Positions 1 to 10,209 of a DNA stretch of 58,722 nt are shown here, piece by piece (the first letter of the stretch is position 1; each line of letters opens with the position of its first letter). The notes under the pieces are model-generated. The model was given only the letters and a program-made list of their open reading frames with translations. It searched no databases and was not told the DNA's origin. The stretch is from an uncultured bacterium. GTDB taxonomy: Bacteria; Armatimonadota; UBA5829. The position numbers were made by a program, and so were the translations under genes. The stretch is from assembly GCA_964523735.1 (NCBI GenBank), contig CAZFYZ010000007.1, forward strand, positions 1 through 58,722, read 5' to 3'.

Positions 1-38
1 AAATCGTCGGTCAGTTATTTCCGAAATGAGCGGTCAGA

Positions 39-158
39 TTATTCCGAAATTCGCATCTCCAGGCTTCTTGCAACTCCTGCCTTTGTCGCGCCAGGCTGCA
101 TCGCCATCTCAACCGCCTGAGCCTTGAACTCATCAGAATATACACGCTGCTCGTTCAT
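39..158 (-). pseudogene. IS3-family transposase OrfA N-terminal stub
   Basis: Manual translation of the minus strand from 158 to 39 gives MNEQRVYSDEFKAQAVEMAMQPGATKAGVARSLEMRISE then stop. This fits the conserved start of IS3/IS911-type OrfA HTH proteins (..EFK..AV......vAr.lgi..) but ends inside the HTH. It is too short for the ORF track. Confidence 0.45.
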
Positions 159-242
159 TTTCTCTGTCCTCCAAATTACTAGATTTTACAACATGCAACG
201 TGTACATTAAATCTGCGCATTACAGAGATCACTGGCGTAAGG

Positions 243-1787
243 ATGGTGGTGACCGATGAGGACGAAGACGAGCCGTGGAGCGCTCCTCCTTCGCGCAGGC
301 TAAGCGAAGTCCCAATACAAGGTCCACTGCCAGAGAGCATCGAGCTCATTCTCGGAAACCAGATGTATATCGAGAAAGGGGGTTTGCCCTCCGAACTTAG
401 GAACCGCCTGATCCGACTGGCGGCATTCCAGAACCCCGAGTTCTACAAGGCACAGGCAATGCGCCTGCCGACGTTCGGCAAGCCACGCATTATCTCATGC
501 GCCGAGGACTTCGCAAAACACATCGCGCTTCCCAGAGGCTGCTTGGACGAGATCGTTGATCTGCTTCGAAGCCTGGGCTTTGCTGTAACGCTAAGGGATG
601 AGAGATGCACCGGGTCCGTTATCAGCGCGGAGTTCATTGGAGAACTCACGACGGAGCAGGCTGAAGCTGCGGGGAAGCTATTGGCATCTGACAACGGAGT
701 GCTTGCCGCAAGCACTGCGTTCGGCAAGACAGTTGTCGCCATCGATATCATCGCGCGGCGAGCGGTGAACACACTTGTTCTTGTCCATCGACAGCAGTTG
801 CTTGACCAGTGGGTAGCCCGGCTGTCGACATTCCTCGACATTGACCCAAAGCAGATCGGCAGGATTGGCGGTGGTAAGCACAAACCGACCGGAATGATTG
901 ATGTCGCCCTGCTGCAGAGCCTATGCAGGAAAGGCGTGGTCGATGACCTGGTCGGTGACTACGGACACTTGGTCGTGGATGAATGCCATCACATCTCTGC
1001 AAGCAGTTTCGAGCAAGTGGCACGGGCCTGCAAGGCAAAGTACGTGCTTGGCCTCTCGGCTACCCCGGCAAGGAAAGACGGGCATCATCCAATCATCTTC
1101 ATGCAGTGCGGGCCGATCCGCTACAAGGACAACGCCAGGGATCAGGCGGCGCTGCGGCCATTTGAGCACAAGCTGGTCGTGCGAAGAACCGACTTTGTCC
1201 TGCCGCTCGAGTTGTCGATGCAGGCCAAACCATCCATACAAGACATCTACTCCGCCATTATTGCGGATACTCAGCGCAATGATATGATTCTGGATGACAT
1301 CATTGCCGCCGTTGAAGATGGCCGGTCGCCAGTCGTGATAACCGAGCGGAAGGAGCACCTGGAGCTCCTGGCGGCTGCACTCGGCAAAGCAGTCAGGAAT
1401 GTTATCGTGCTCAAGGGCGGTATGGGCGCGGGACAGCGAAAGGCTGTAACGGAGCAACTGTCCGCCATACCCGACACGGAGGAACGGGTTATCGTCGCCA
1501 CCGGCCGCTACCTTGGGGAGGGATTCGATGATGCCCGGCTAGACACCCTTTTCCTGACAATGCCGATATCTTGGAAAGGCACTCTGTCTCAATACGCGGG
1601 CCGACTTCACAGGCTCCATTCCGGCAAGCGAGAGGTCCGCATCTATGATTACGCCGACCTTAACGTCTCGATGTTGGCTAGAATGCACGACAAGCGACTC
1701 AGAGGTTATCGCGCGATTGGATACTCACCGTCTGGTGGACAAGAGTCACACCGATGCGGAGCAGTATCTCACAATGGGTCGTCGTAA
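243..1787 (+). CDS. SF2 helicase (DEAD/DEAH-box family, DECH variant), possibly 5'-truncated
   Basis: 514-aa ORF. Walker A-like AASTAFGKTVVA, motif II VVDECHH, motif III GLSATP, and RecA2-type motifs VATGRYLGEGFD and QYAGRLHR. The first ~150 aa are non-helicase. The ORF begins 85 nt from the IS stub. Confidence 0.8.
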   Translation: MVVTDEDEDEPWSAPPSRRLSEVPIQGPLPESIELILGNQMYIEKGGLPSELRNRLIRLAAFQNPEFYKAQAMRLPTFGKPRIISCAEDFAKHIALPRGCLDEIVDLLRSLGFAVTLRDERCTGSVISAEFIGELTTEQAEAAGKLLASDNGVLAASTAFGKTVVAIDIIARRAVNTLVLVHRQQLLDQWVARLSTFLDIDPKQIGRIGGGKHKPTGMIDVALLQSLCRKGVVDDLVGDYGHLVVDECHHISASSFEQVARACKAKYVLGLSATPARKDGHHPIIFMQCGPIRYKDNARDQAALRPFEHKLVVRRTDFVLPLELSMQAKPSIQDIYSAIIADTQRNDMILDDIIAAVEDGRSPVVITERKEHLELLAAALGKAVRNVIVLKGGMGAGQRKAVTEQLSAIPDTEERVIVATGRYLGEGFDDARLDTLFLTMPISWKGTLSQYAGRLHRLHSGKREVRIYDYADLNVSMLARMHDKRLRGYRAIGYSPSGGQESHRCGAVSHNGSS

Positions 1788-2439
1788 GTACTTGAGGCCA
1801 TTACGGCTCGTCGCCCGGATTCACGCCCAGATTCATGAGTTGACTTCGGTGGCCGCATCCTCTTGTAGTCGAACCCCGCTTCGATTACGTGATTCAGAGA
1901 AAACTCGCCAAACAGAGAGAAAATGTCCCGAAACGTGGGTTTTCAGGGCAAAGCCCGACCACAAGATTTGGTTCGGATAACACGGGGAAGAAGCGGCTTT
2001 CACGCTCGTAAATACGCGAAAACCCCGCCGGGAGTCCCGACAGGGTCAATTCGCATAGAGAGCTTTTCGATTTTAATGCTTGGTAGGCCAAGGAACCGCT
2101 AGCGAAAACTCCAACTCACCTTGGCCACTGCGTCGGTGTTATCTGAAATTCGCCGAACCACCACATCGTCGCCGGTGGCGAATCCTCCACCCCGTTCTCA
2201 GGATGAGACCGCAATCTGAGCTCGAAGTCACCATCGATAGGGAGTCCGCATCCGTCCGAAACCCTGTTTTCGCTAGCAACCAAACGGCTCAGCGACCAAG
2301 CAACCATCAGTGAGAATTCGCGCGGGCGGGTTTCTGGAGAGCAGGGAAATGCACGAAACGAACGGCCACGACCAAGTAATATGCCGTCCAGATTGAGCAT
2401 CCGTATCATTCGCTGACGCAGCGTATCTGGCTTGTAGAA

Positions 2440-2646
2440 TCAGCCCACTGGACGCACGATGCGAAGGGCTAGTTCGGCATCAGCTAGGCGTGAGAGGCTC
2501 TGGATAAGCTCGTCGTAATCGTCGCCGAGCACCCACGGCTGATCTATCACCACTGCGTCCACACCCTGATGTTTCGCATCGTCGATCAGCGCGATGAGAG
2601 CAGCGAACTTCTTGTCATAGCCGACTGGCGTTGAATGTCGAGCCAT
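2440..2646 (-). CDS. hypothetical small protein (68 aa)
   Basis: Clean ORF directly downstream of the HExxH gene on the same strand, with protein-like composition. No motif recognised. Confidence 0.35.
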   Translation of the reverse strand: MARHSTPVGYDKKFAALIALIDDAKHQGVDAVVIDQPWVLGDDYDELIQSLSRLADAELALRIVRPVG

Positions 2647-2776
2647 ATAGCCTCCAGTTCTGTCTCTTTCAGTGGTTACCAGCTCGCCGCACCAGTGCCA
2701 TTACGCTCCGGGAATGGGCAGACGCGGCGCATCATACACCGGATGTAGATTCACAGCGATAATCGTTAGTAGGCAA

Positions 2777-3625
2777 TCATGCAGGCAGGCTGTATTTCTG
2801 CAGCAACGCTTTGATGAACAGCTCGACGTTGCCTTTGAAATCGTCCGGAAACCCAAAGGGGTCGTGCGCGGAAAGCTCGGTTCCACGCATAGCCGCAATG
2901 GCGAAGAGATCCGCGAAGACTTCCGGTGCCTCCGGGCTGCCCTGCTTGACCCTGCCTCCATACGCCTCGTCGAAGCGCATGAATTCCTCCGGCACCGTGT
3001 CGAGGGTTCCATTGATGGACGCGTGCAGCGCGTGTCCCAACTCGTGAAGGAAAACATACTCCGGCGAGTGCTCACTGTCTCTCATGTGATACATGAAGAC
3101 GAAGTGCTGGCCGGCCTTAGTGCCCATGCCGTATTCGGAGTTGTACTGCCGATGGCAGTTGTCGAATAGGAAGACCCTTAGGGGCTCCCGCTTGCTCACG
3201 ATGTCGATGTAGGGAAACTTAGCTTGGAGTACGTGAAGAACGCGCTTGGCACGCGCCTCTGTAAGTCGGTTTCCCGAAGGAGCGGCGAAACAAGCGTCGA
3301 TGTGCCCTACCAGCTTTCTGACCCGCGGGGCCGTGTCGCGCATCGTACCTGCAGCGAGACCATGCATCCATAGGTATATTGGTATGGCGACTGCCGGCGG
3401 ATAGACCACGTACCTTTTGGAGTTCAGCAATGTCCATCCAGCAAATGGCATTGCCTGCTCCAACAGAGCCTTGGAGAGTACCTTGCATAAGGCACCGCGA
3501 CCTGTGCTGCTCTCTGAGAGGAAGATGCCGATCTCTTCCAGCGTCTTTCGGACGGTGAGCAGATCAGCCGCGTCCAGCAAGTTCGATACAAGGGTATCCG
3601 AATAAGATGGCTTCATCCGTTCCAC
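2777..3625 (-). CDS. putative HExxH zinc metallopeptidase
   Basis: 282-aa ORF with a single HExxH motif (VFLHELGHALHAS) in the C-terminal third, similar to the HELGH motif of ImmA/IrrE-like peptidases. No signal peptide. Confidence 0.6.
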   Translation of the reverse strand: MERMKPSYSDTLVSNLLDAADLLTVRKTLEEIGIFLSESSTGRGALCKVLSKALLEQAMPFAGWTLLNSKRYVVYPPAVAIPIYLWMHGLAAGTMRDTAPRVRKLVGHIDACFAAPSGNRLTEARAKRVLHVLQAKFPYIDIVSKREPLRVFLFDNCHRQYNSEYGMGTKAGQHFVFMYHMRDSEHSPEYVFLHELGHALHASINGTLDTVPEEFMRFDEAYGGRVKQGSPEAPEVFADLFAIAAMRGTELSAHDPFGFPDDFKGNVELFIKALLQKYSLPA

Positions 3626-4040
3626 GGAAGTGGTGAATATCGCTTAGCTATGCGGCCACAGAGCATCGTCCCGATGACAGTCCGGGCGGTGTGCGGCCGA
3701 TTCCTGCCAGTGCCTCTGCCAATTCCGCGCAGCCATGTTACCACCGGAGCACAGATATGTCACGTGCTGACTAGGAGCGCATGTGCTCTCCCCTCGTCGC
3801 CGCTCAGCTAACCGCTGGCTAGCCGCCGATAGCTTGGGTCATCGTCGGGATGGTCGTGTCGTCGGGGGGAGCGAGGAACAATACTGGGCGGTGAGTGTGG
3901 ATGCGGAGGCAAACCAGAGACGCGATGTCCGCGTCTACATTCGCCAGGCCAACGGGGGAGCGGCAAACTCACGTGCTGTGCTCCAGAGTGGGCGATACAT
4001 CTCCGCAGCCGTGCTGAGCGGAAACTGCTCCCAATGCAGA

Positions 4041-4084
4041 AATGCGGCTTACGGACCGGCCACAAAACCCCCGTAAGCCGCATT
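4041..4084 (-). terminator. strong hairpin (14-bp perfect stem, 16-nt loop) just downstream of the 1594-aa gene
   Basis: AATGCGGCTTACGG (4041-4054) and CCGTAAGCCGCATT (4071-4084) are exact reverse complements. The hairpin lies 26 nt past the stop at 4110. No U-tract follows, so intrinsic-terminator function is unproven. Confidence 0.45.
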
Positions 4085-4109
4085 GTTGGAAACAAATACG
4101 CCGGTGGTT

Positions 4110-7100
4110 CTACGGCGCTACTTTCAGTTTCCAAGGCCACGCATCGTCAAGAGAGGAGTTGATCAGGGAGCTGTCACGCATGCCTGTAGCCGGTTGCAGA
4201 TACTTAAGCCACGGCAGCGGAGGTGCAAACCTTCCGTCCTGGTTAGTGTAGGCATATACTGCCGTAGGCCGCACCAGTGCCCTCTGACCACTGGAAAGTG
4301 TAGTCAGCGTCGCACCGGCTATGTCTATTGTGACATCGCGGTCAAGACCATCCACACGAACGGGCTTGTCCAGATACAGGTACAGCCTCGGGCCGTTGAG
4401 AATGGGTTCAAACCATTCTCGGAGTCCAAAGACGCGGCCGTCATACCACTGACCTGAGGTGGCTTCTGCCGAAAGATCGATCACGGATCCGTCAGGTTGT
4501 GAAAGTGCCCAACCGATAGCCCCAACTTGGCTGTACTGCTTCTTGAAACTCTCGCTAGCGAGTATCTCATCAGCAGTTGCTCCCGGCCAGGCTCGGAACG
4601 GTCCACCACCAATCTTCGAGCGGTCAGTCTCAGCAGGAGAAGCTGCAGTTGGCAACGAAAGGCTCATCGCACCAACGCTGCTGCCACCCAGATAGATGTG
4701 CCCAGTGGATGGGTCGACTTGGGTAAATGATGGCACGCCAGGCTCGGACATGAGTGTGCCGGTGATTGTTACAATATCGTTCGTCTGAAGCTGGGTGTAG
4801 CACGGCAGGGATACGTTGATCTGAAGATCAGGCTGAAGGTTACATGCCCAGAAACTGTGCACACCATTGATTACTCCATTCCAGGTCACCCTTTTATCGA
4901 CCAGGCGAACCTTAGTTCCAGCCTCTATGGGTTGTAGGTTGTCTAGCCTCACCAGGCTGCCAAGAGCGATCTTGGCCGGGACATAGCGATCATGATACGT
5001 CAGGTCACAATTGCTCCTGACCCGCAGCAATCGTACTCTTTCCCCGCCGATCTCCTCGACGCTGCTTATGCCGGTAACGGAGACGTAGTCATCAATGCCA
5101 GGCTTGGCAAAATCACCGAAGTAGACGCGTAAACCGCCAACTCCATAATCTGTTGCTGGTATTGCACTGCCATCTATAGGTACAACCCTGGCCTTTTCTA
5201 GATTGTTGCCATCGTACATACTATACGATGACATGCTACCTGTGCCATCGTTGAGGTATACAAAGTCGCTACCTACGTAGGCGACTTTACCCCAAGCGGT
5301 CACAAGCAGCCCCGTATTATATACTCCAACACCGTCAACGATGCCCGGTGTCCCAGTGGGAGCTTTCCCGCCGATAGAAGCGTTCGACATACCCAAGGGC
5401 TTTGGCACTTCAACCGCCCCCATGTCCCAGATGTCTGTCGCCTCCAGATACCTTTCCTGGTCATTCTGCCCTCTGTGAAGTATCCCTTGGATTGAGAGCA
5501 GCCTACCATTGCTCATGGAACCAACAACTGAGGTTTCAACCCGAATACCTGCAGCGCGATCTGTATCTTCAACATAGAACACATTCGCGGATGAGCTCGG
5601 TGTGCTCTTCATTGCAACCGACGTCCCTGCGGTAACTGGCCTGTTGGCCAGCATGAGGCTAGTTCCGTCCGGTTGGTTAGCGGCATCTACGACGCTGTAG
5701 TATAACGGACCGCTATTATGCACGATAAGCTGTCGCAGACTACTGTATGATGCGGTACCAGTGGCATCATCAAAAGCTACTGCCTGTACTCGGTACGCAC
5801 CGTCAGGCACCATCGCAGAAGTGACCGAGCACTCATAGGGCGGACTGTTATCCTCAAGCCCGTAGACTAGGGTGTTATTCCAAGACAACCAGAACTGCAC
5901 CCTCGATGCCGAAGGGCTGATCGTAGCTACTACAGGCGTCTCATGGCTAATGACCTGATTGTCTGTATCAGGCGAGCTTATGTAGACTGTCGGGTTCGCC
6001 GAGTTGTCTAGAGTGACAGTTCTTGGTAAGGTCGCAGATATACCAACGTGCGTGTTCAACTGATATGCTATGGCACGAATGGTGTAAGCTCCATTGGCAA
6101 AGCCATTGCTAGTATCCCAGACGAAGAAGTAAGGGGCGTCCCTGTCTGTTCCGATCAGCCTTGGGTTCTGATCTGTCCCTACAGCATAGAACTCAACACG
6201 GTCAATATTCCCTGTGCCGCCTGGCGCAGCAGTAGCCGAAAGCATCACTTGGCCACGAATGCGACTGCCATCCGCTGGAGTAGGCGATTGGAACGACACA
6301 GTAGGCTGCACGGCGAACGGTGCCATCAGAGGATCGCCCATTACGGCACTGGTAAAACCGAGTCCAAGGTATCGCAGTGCTGTCTCACCCCAGCAGTACC
6401 CTGTGGCGTAGTCAAGCATTGCCCCAGCTCCGCATGGGAGTCCCGGTTCATCTATGGCGGTGATAGCGCCAGAAGCCCCCTCTCGGATGTACTGGGATGT
6501 TACATCCCTGGCTGCCTCGATCTTGTATCGCTTTCCCGTCGATATAATGCCTGGTATCGCCGAGGCGGACCAGTAATCACGTCCGTTAGGGATGCATTTC
6601 CCCTGAAGGTCTGGATCTTGGTCATTGTCTGGGAATCGTATCTCCACATACACACCTTGACCTGGCGGCCAAGTCACGCCGCTCAGATCAATCTCCGCAG
6701 TGCCGTTGCTTGCGAACATGACCGTGCCCCCGGCAAGCGGCGTCCCACCCGGCTGAGTGCAAAGAACCACTTTGTGCGTGGTATACACTGTGCTCGCCCA
6801 CATCCCGAACACCTTCAGCCATCCGGAAGTCAGGCCATCTGTCTTCGCGTTCAGCCCCCAAATATGCAGAGGGATACGGAAGCTCTGCCCGTCATTCGTG
6901 TTATAGAATTGCACCCCTCCAGGATGCCAGGTATGTCCCGGCCGACCCCAGCTTATGTACTGGTATGCTGCGTCAATGATCATGTGAGGCCCGAAGTAAG
7001 CCATCACATCAGACTGACCGGTCACGGACGGGATACTGGTGCTGCAAGCGATATTGCCAGAGCTGATACCGGCAGCTTCCAATTGACCCAAAAAATCGGC

Positions 7101-8894
7101 GTTTGAGACAGGATCTCCATATATAGCGAACTTGCCGCCAGGAGTGGCTGCAACCGCTCTATCGATCATCCTCTTGATGTCACGTGGCATCCAGCCAAAA
7201 CCGGGAACGTTTTCAAGAGGGTCCTCCAGCGCGTCAAGTCTGCCTACCATATATCGGAGCTTCCAGTGCATTGGCGGAATCTGTACCGCATCAGTCCAAG
7301 TCACCGCACCCGCGCTGCCTGTTCCGTACTGGATGCACGGCCTGGACTGGCAGCAGAGCAGGTAATCACTCCCGCCCGTCCATGATACCGAAACGCTATC
7401 CCACGGAAAGCCAGTAAACACGTTCCAACCAGAGTTGCTGTCGTACAGGTATCCTTTTGGGCTGCCACTTCCAGTAACGGCAACCTTGTAGGAACCATCC
7501 TGTGCAGGGTACACCGCGATGTCATCCATGGTTGCCCTGATCTCCGGGTTGGCAATCTGCTCCTGCCAAGTCTGCCCGCCATTTTGAGTGAACAAGACAC
7601 AGGCATAGGTAACCTGATGGACAGTATCTACTTTGTATCCGGCGGCTACTCCCTCATAGTGGTCAGTGGCCCATCGCATCCAGACCTTGTAAATGGTGGA
7701 GTTGGCTGGAATACCGGAGGTCTGATGCGTCCACGTGCTGCCGCCGTCCAAAGAACGGAAGATGCCTGTGTTGCCGCACATCCAGACATTGTTACTGTCC
7801 GCGACAGCCACGCTGCAAGGAACAAACGTGCTTCCGAGCTTGCCTGGAGCATTATTTATCAACTCGCTTGTGCGGTCGTTGGGCTGGCTCCAGGAAGTAC
7901 CGTCAGTGCTCGTGAACGTCCTGATGCGCCAGCCAACAGTCCATCCTACCCAACCAGCACCTGACCGCTGGAAAGATATGCCGCAGACTGAAGGGCCGCA
8001 TTGGTGCTGATCACCCCAAGGCGTAGCGAGAACAACCGGTTTCCACGTCTGGCCAGCATCTTGGGTGAACAGAACACTGCCACCCTCGTCAGTACGCGTC
8101 GACGGTGTGCCACCAGTTGAGACAAAAGCGGTCTGCTGGTCTACTATCTGTATGTCCGTACAGTTATAAGCGACAAACTGCTTGTCTTCATCGTTCACCG
8201 GCGACCAAGACCACTGTCCACTGCTGAGCACGCCGTTGTAGATGATTCCATACGTTCCTACGGCAATGGCTGTGGACGGGCTGAGAAAGCGCACTTTGCG
8301 GAACGTTGGAGGGCTGCTCTGGCTATCGTTTCCTGAGCTCAGCCTGAATGCCGTAAAGTCTGTATCCGTTTCGGAATAGCGATTAGTTGCACCCATACCT
8401 CCGGTGCAGTATCTCCAGAGCGGAACGTTGCCCCAAGGAGCACGCTGGAACAACAAAGGCATGGTTCCATCAATGGAAGCACCTGTGCGCTCGCCATACG
8501 CAATCCGGGAAGGAACGCCATAGCACATTACGACACACTTTATGGGGTCCACGGATGGATTGGCCTTGTAGTAGTCGGGGTTGGATGGATAAGGGTTGAA
8601 GTTGTTGAGGAGATATTGCTCGATCTTATCAACAAGGCCATCACCTAACGCATTACGATAGCTCGATGGATCAGCTACCGCCTCGCTCGTAACGGGAGAG
8701 TCAACGTCGAAAAGGTTCCTGGCAGGTATGTTGCGTTTGTAGGCATAGTATAGTGCCACGTTTTCGGAGTATGCGTGCTGACTATTGTAGACAACAAGCA
8801 CTTCTGATGGAAGTATGCCTGCCTCAGTTGGAACATTAGTGAGAAATGCAGTCACAAGCACAACAGAGACAAGCAAGAGTCGCATTGGCTTCAT
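4110..8894 (-). CDS. giant secreted protein with BNR/Asp-box repeats and Ig-like domains (TIGR03790-like N-terminus)
   Basis: 1594-aa ORF. Signal peptide MKPMRLLLVSVVLVTAFLTNVPTEAG. The N-terminal ILPSEVLVVYNSQHAYSENVALYYAYKRNIPARNLF resembles, from memory, the TIGR03790 family seen in PEP-CTERM loci. Asp-box motifs DAGQTW, DGGSTW, NGGQTW and DGTSW. The C-terminal half is beta-rich and Ig-like. Confidence 0.85.
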   Translation of the reverse strand: MKPMRLLLVSVVLVTAFLTNVPTEAGILPSEVLVVYNSQHAYSENVALYYAYKRNIPARNLFDVDSPVTSEAVADPSSYRNALGDGLVDKIEQYLLNNFNPYPSNPDYYKANPSVDPIKCVVMCYGVPSRIAYGERTGASIDGTMPLLFQRAPWGNVPLWRYCTGGMGATNRYSETDTDFTAFRLSSGNDSQSSPPTFRKVRFLSPSTAIAVGTYGIIYNGVLSSGQWSWSPVNDEDKQFVAYNCTDIQIVDQQTAFVSTGGTPSTRTDEGGSVLFTQDAGQTWKPVVLATPWGDQHQCGPSVCGISFQRSGAGWVGWTVGWRIRTFTSTDGTSWSQPNDRTSELINNAPGKLGSTFVPCSVAVADSNNVWMCGNTGIFRSLDGGSTWTHQTSGIPANSTIYKVWMRWATDHYEGVAAGYKVDTVHQVTYACVLFTQNGGQTWQEQIANPEIRATMDDIAVYPAQDGSYKVAVTGSGSPKGYLYDSNSGWNVFTGFPWDSVSVSWTGGSDYLLCCQSRPCIQYGTGSAGAVTWTDAVQIPPMHWKLRYMVGRLDALEDPLENVPGFGWMPRDIKRMIDRAVAATPGGKFAIYGDPVSNADFLGQLEAAGISSGNIACSTSIPSVTGQSDVMAYFGPHMIIDAAYQYISWGRPGHTWHPGGVQFYNTNDGQSFRIPLHIWGLNAKTDGLTSGWLKVFGMWASTVYTTHKVVLCTQPGGTPLAGGTVMFASNGTAEIDLSGVTWPPGQGVYVEIRFPDNDQDPDLQGKCIPNGRDYWSASAIPGIISTGKRYKIEAARDVTSQYIREGASGAITAIDEPGLPCGAGAMLDYATGYCWGETALRYLGLGFTSAVMGDPLMAPFAVQPTVSFQSPTPADGSRIRGQVMLSATAAPGGTGNIDRVEFYAVGTDQNPRLIGTDRDAPYFFVWDTSNGFANGAYTIRAIAYQLNTHVGISATLPRTVTLDNSANPTVYISSPDTDNQVISHETPVVATISPSASRVQFWLSWNNTLVYGLEDNSPPYECSVTSAMVPDGAYRVQAVAFDDATGTASYSSLRQLIVHNSGPLYYSVVDAANQPDGTSLMLANRPVTAGTSVAMKSTPSSSANVFYVEDTDRAAGIRVETSVVGSMSNGRLLSIQGILHRGQNDQERYLEATDIWDMGAVEVPKPLGMSNASIGGKAPTGTPGIVDGVGVYNTGLLVTAWGKVAYVGSDFVYLNDGTGSMSSYSMYDGNNLEKARVVPIDGSAIPATDYGVGGLRVYFGDFAKPGIDDYVSVTGISSVEEIGGERVRLLRVRSNCDLTYHDRYVPAKIALGSLVRLDNLQPIEAGTKVRLVDKRVTWNGVINGVHSFWACNLQPDLQINVSLPCYTQLQTNDIVTITGTLMSEPGVPSFTQVDPSTGHIYLGGSSVGAMSLSLPTAASPAETDRSKIGGGPFRAWPGATADEILASESFKKQYSQVGAIGWALSQPDGSVIDLSAEATSGQWYDGRVFGLREWFEPILNGPRLYLYLDKPVRVDGLDRDVTIDIAGATLTTLSSGQRALVRPTAVYAYTNQDGRFAPPLPWLKYLQPATGMRDSSLINSSLDDAWPWKLKVAP

Positions 8895-9472
8895 CTTCTC
8901 GACCTCATTCTCATGCCAAGTAATGCAAGGGCGGGAACAAGCAGCCCAAGCAGTGTGGATGGCTCAGGCACTGCTACTACCCGGAGTCCGAGATATTGAT
9001 TCTCTGCGCGGACGTACTCACGCCAGTACGAATCATAACTGGCAGACTGGTAACCGGAAAGGTCCTGCGACCAGATAACGCTGATTGGGTTCAACTGCAG
9101 ATCCATCAATACGAGTTCCAACCGCATCTCGTTTGCATCGTAATCAGTGTTGTAATGGAAGGTAACTCGTGTGGCATTGCCGGGCAGCATAAGTCCTTCA
9201 CGGGCATACGCACTTGTGCCTACTGGCACACCCAAAGTAGCCGTTGGAACGGAGACGGTCCAGTCCCATCCTGTAGGCTTGCTAACCTCGTATGGCCCAT
9301 AGCTACCCGGTTGAAAGGTCAAGCCCGCAGGGTATCCGTAGAATGACCCTTCGTAGTAAACCATGAAGTTGTTTATTTTGGCGTATGATCCTGCCTGAAG
9401 ATCGGCGGCTGGACTGGCCGACCCCAACGCAGACAGTAAAACAACTGCTAAGATAATCGCAAGTCTTCTCAT
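8891..9472 (-). CDS. PEP-CTERM sorting-domain protein
   Basis: C-terminus VAVPEPSTLLGLLVPALALLGMRMRSRR has the VPEP motif, a TM helix and an Arg cluster. N-terminal signal MRRLAIILAVVLLSALGSASPA. Start placed at the internal ATG preceded by GGAGGAG. The stop overlaps the start of the 1594-aa gene by 4 nt. Confidence 0.8.
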   Translation of the reverse strand: MRRLAIILAVVLLSALGSASPAADLQAGSYAKINNFMVYYEGSFYGYPAGLTFQPGSYGPYEVSKPTGWDWTVSVPTATLGVPVGTSAYAREGLMLPGNATRVTFHYNTDYDANEMRLELVLMDLQLNPISVIWSQDLSGYQSASYDSYWREYVRAENQYLGLRVVAVPEPSTLLGLLVPALALLGMRMRSRR

Positions 9473-9473
9473 T

Positions 9474-10154
9474 TCAATCTCCTCCATAGTCAATCCATGA
9501 TTCTACTGCACGACGCTTGGCCCTAACCCGCCATCCACATAATCCGACTAACGGCAGAGCAAGGCAGGCAAATGATCCTGGTTCAGGAACGATGGCTAGG
9601 CGAAATGCATATCCGCCTATTCCATAGGGATCCGTGAGCGATACATGTGCATGCTGAGGTGTGATACTCCACGGACCATTTGAGGACCACAACAACTTAT
9701 CAAAGCTCCACGCGCTGCTCCTGTACTGGACTTGCCATAGCTCCAGTCGCAGGAGATTGGAGCCCCAGTGATCTACAGGAAAGGGATGTTGGCTTTGGTC
9801 CACGGCAAAGTAGTTGAAGTCAAACTCAGAAACGCCCGCACTTAGGGCACTAAAGCAGTAGCCATCATAGGCCCCGGTGGTTCGTGGACCAGTGTGCGAC
9901 ACATTCGTACCAAGCTGTATCTGGCCCTGGTAGTAAGGGCTCGCAGGCGGCTGTATAGAGTACAGCCAGTCACCTGGATCAGACTCAGCATGATATGAAT
10001 ACGGAAACAGATCACCCCAGCCGCTCCACCCTGGGTCCGCCCAGCAATAGTAGACCTGACCAGATACAACAACGCCACTAGCCGATTGAGCCCACGCACC
10101 TGTGGTCAGAATGGCGACTAGTGCCGAGATTATCAGGAGTGTAACGATCTTCAT
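9474..10154 (-). CDS. PEP-CTERM sorting-domain protein
   Basis: IVPEPGSFACLALPLVGLCGWRVRAKRR lies near the C-terminus. Signal peptide MKIVTLLIISALVAILTTGAWAQ. Start moved to Met40 of the track ORF (GAGGTG RBS), which removes the overlap with the upstream gene. Confidence 0.8.
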   Translation of the reverse strand: MKIVTLLIISALVAILTTGAWAQSASGVVVSGQVYYCWADPGWSGWGDLFPYSYHAESDPGDWLYSIQPPASPYYQGQIQLGTNVSHTGPRTTGAYDGYCFSALSAGVSEFDFNYFAVDQSQHPFPVDHWGSNLLRLELWQVQYRSSAWSFDKLLWSSNGPWSITPQHAHVSLTDPYGIGGYAFRLAIVPEPGSFACLALPLVGLCGWRVRAKRRAVESWIDYGGD

Positions 10155-10209
10155 CTGGACACACACCTCATCCTTATTGTTGTGCACATTTCGTGCCAGC
10201 CAGACCTCT

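Noticed and set aside
8-53. Imperfect 23-bp tandem repeat (cggtcagttatttccgaaatgag / cggtcagattattccgaaattcg) at the window start.
   Set aside because: Only two copies with about 18 of 23 matches. It sits at the very edge of the window and overlaps the end of the IS stub, so its context cannot be judged.
1788-2439. About 650 nt with no convincing ORF downstream of the helicase. Checked for a tRNA, tmRNA, IS ends, a retron-like or other structured RNA, and transposase fragments.
   Set aside because: No T-loop/acceptor pattern, no long inverted repeats beyond short bulged hairpins, and no recognisable transposase peptide in any frame. Left unassigned rather than named.
6048-7106. 352-aa plus-strand ORF inside the 1594-aa minus-strand gene. 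The same applies to similar long antisense ORFs at 17823-18806, 30176-30718, 14289-14858, 16229-16765, 50690-51283, 51978-52526 and 27147-27650.
   Set aside because: Each lies entirely within a strongly supported gene on the other strand. Their translations are Arg/Ser/Pro/Cys-rich with no motifs. This is typical shadow-ORF behaviour in GC-rich DNA.
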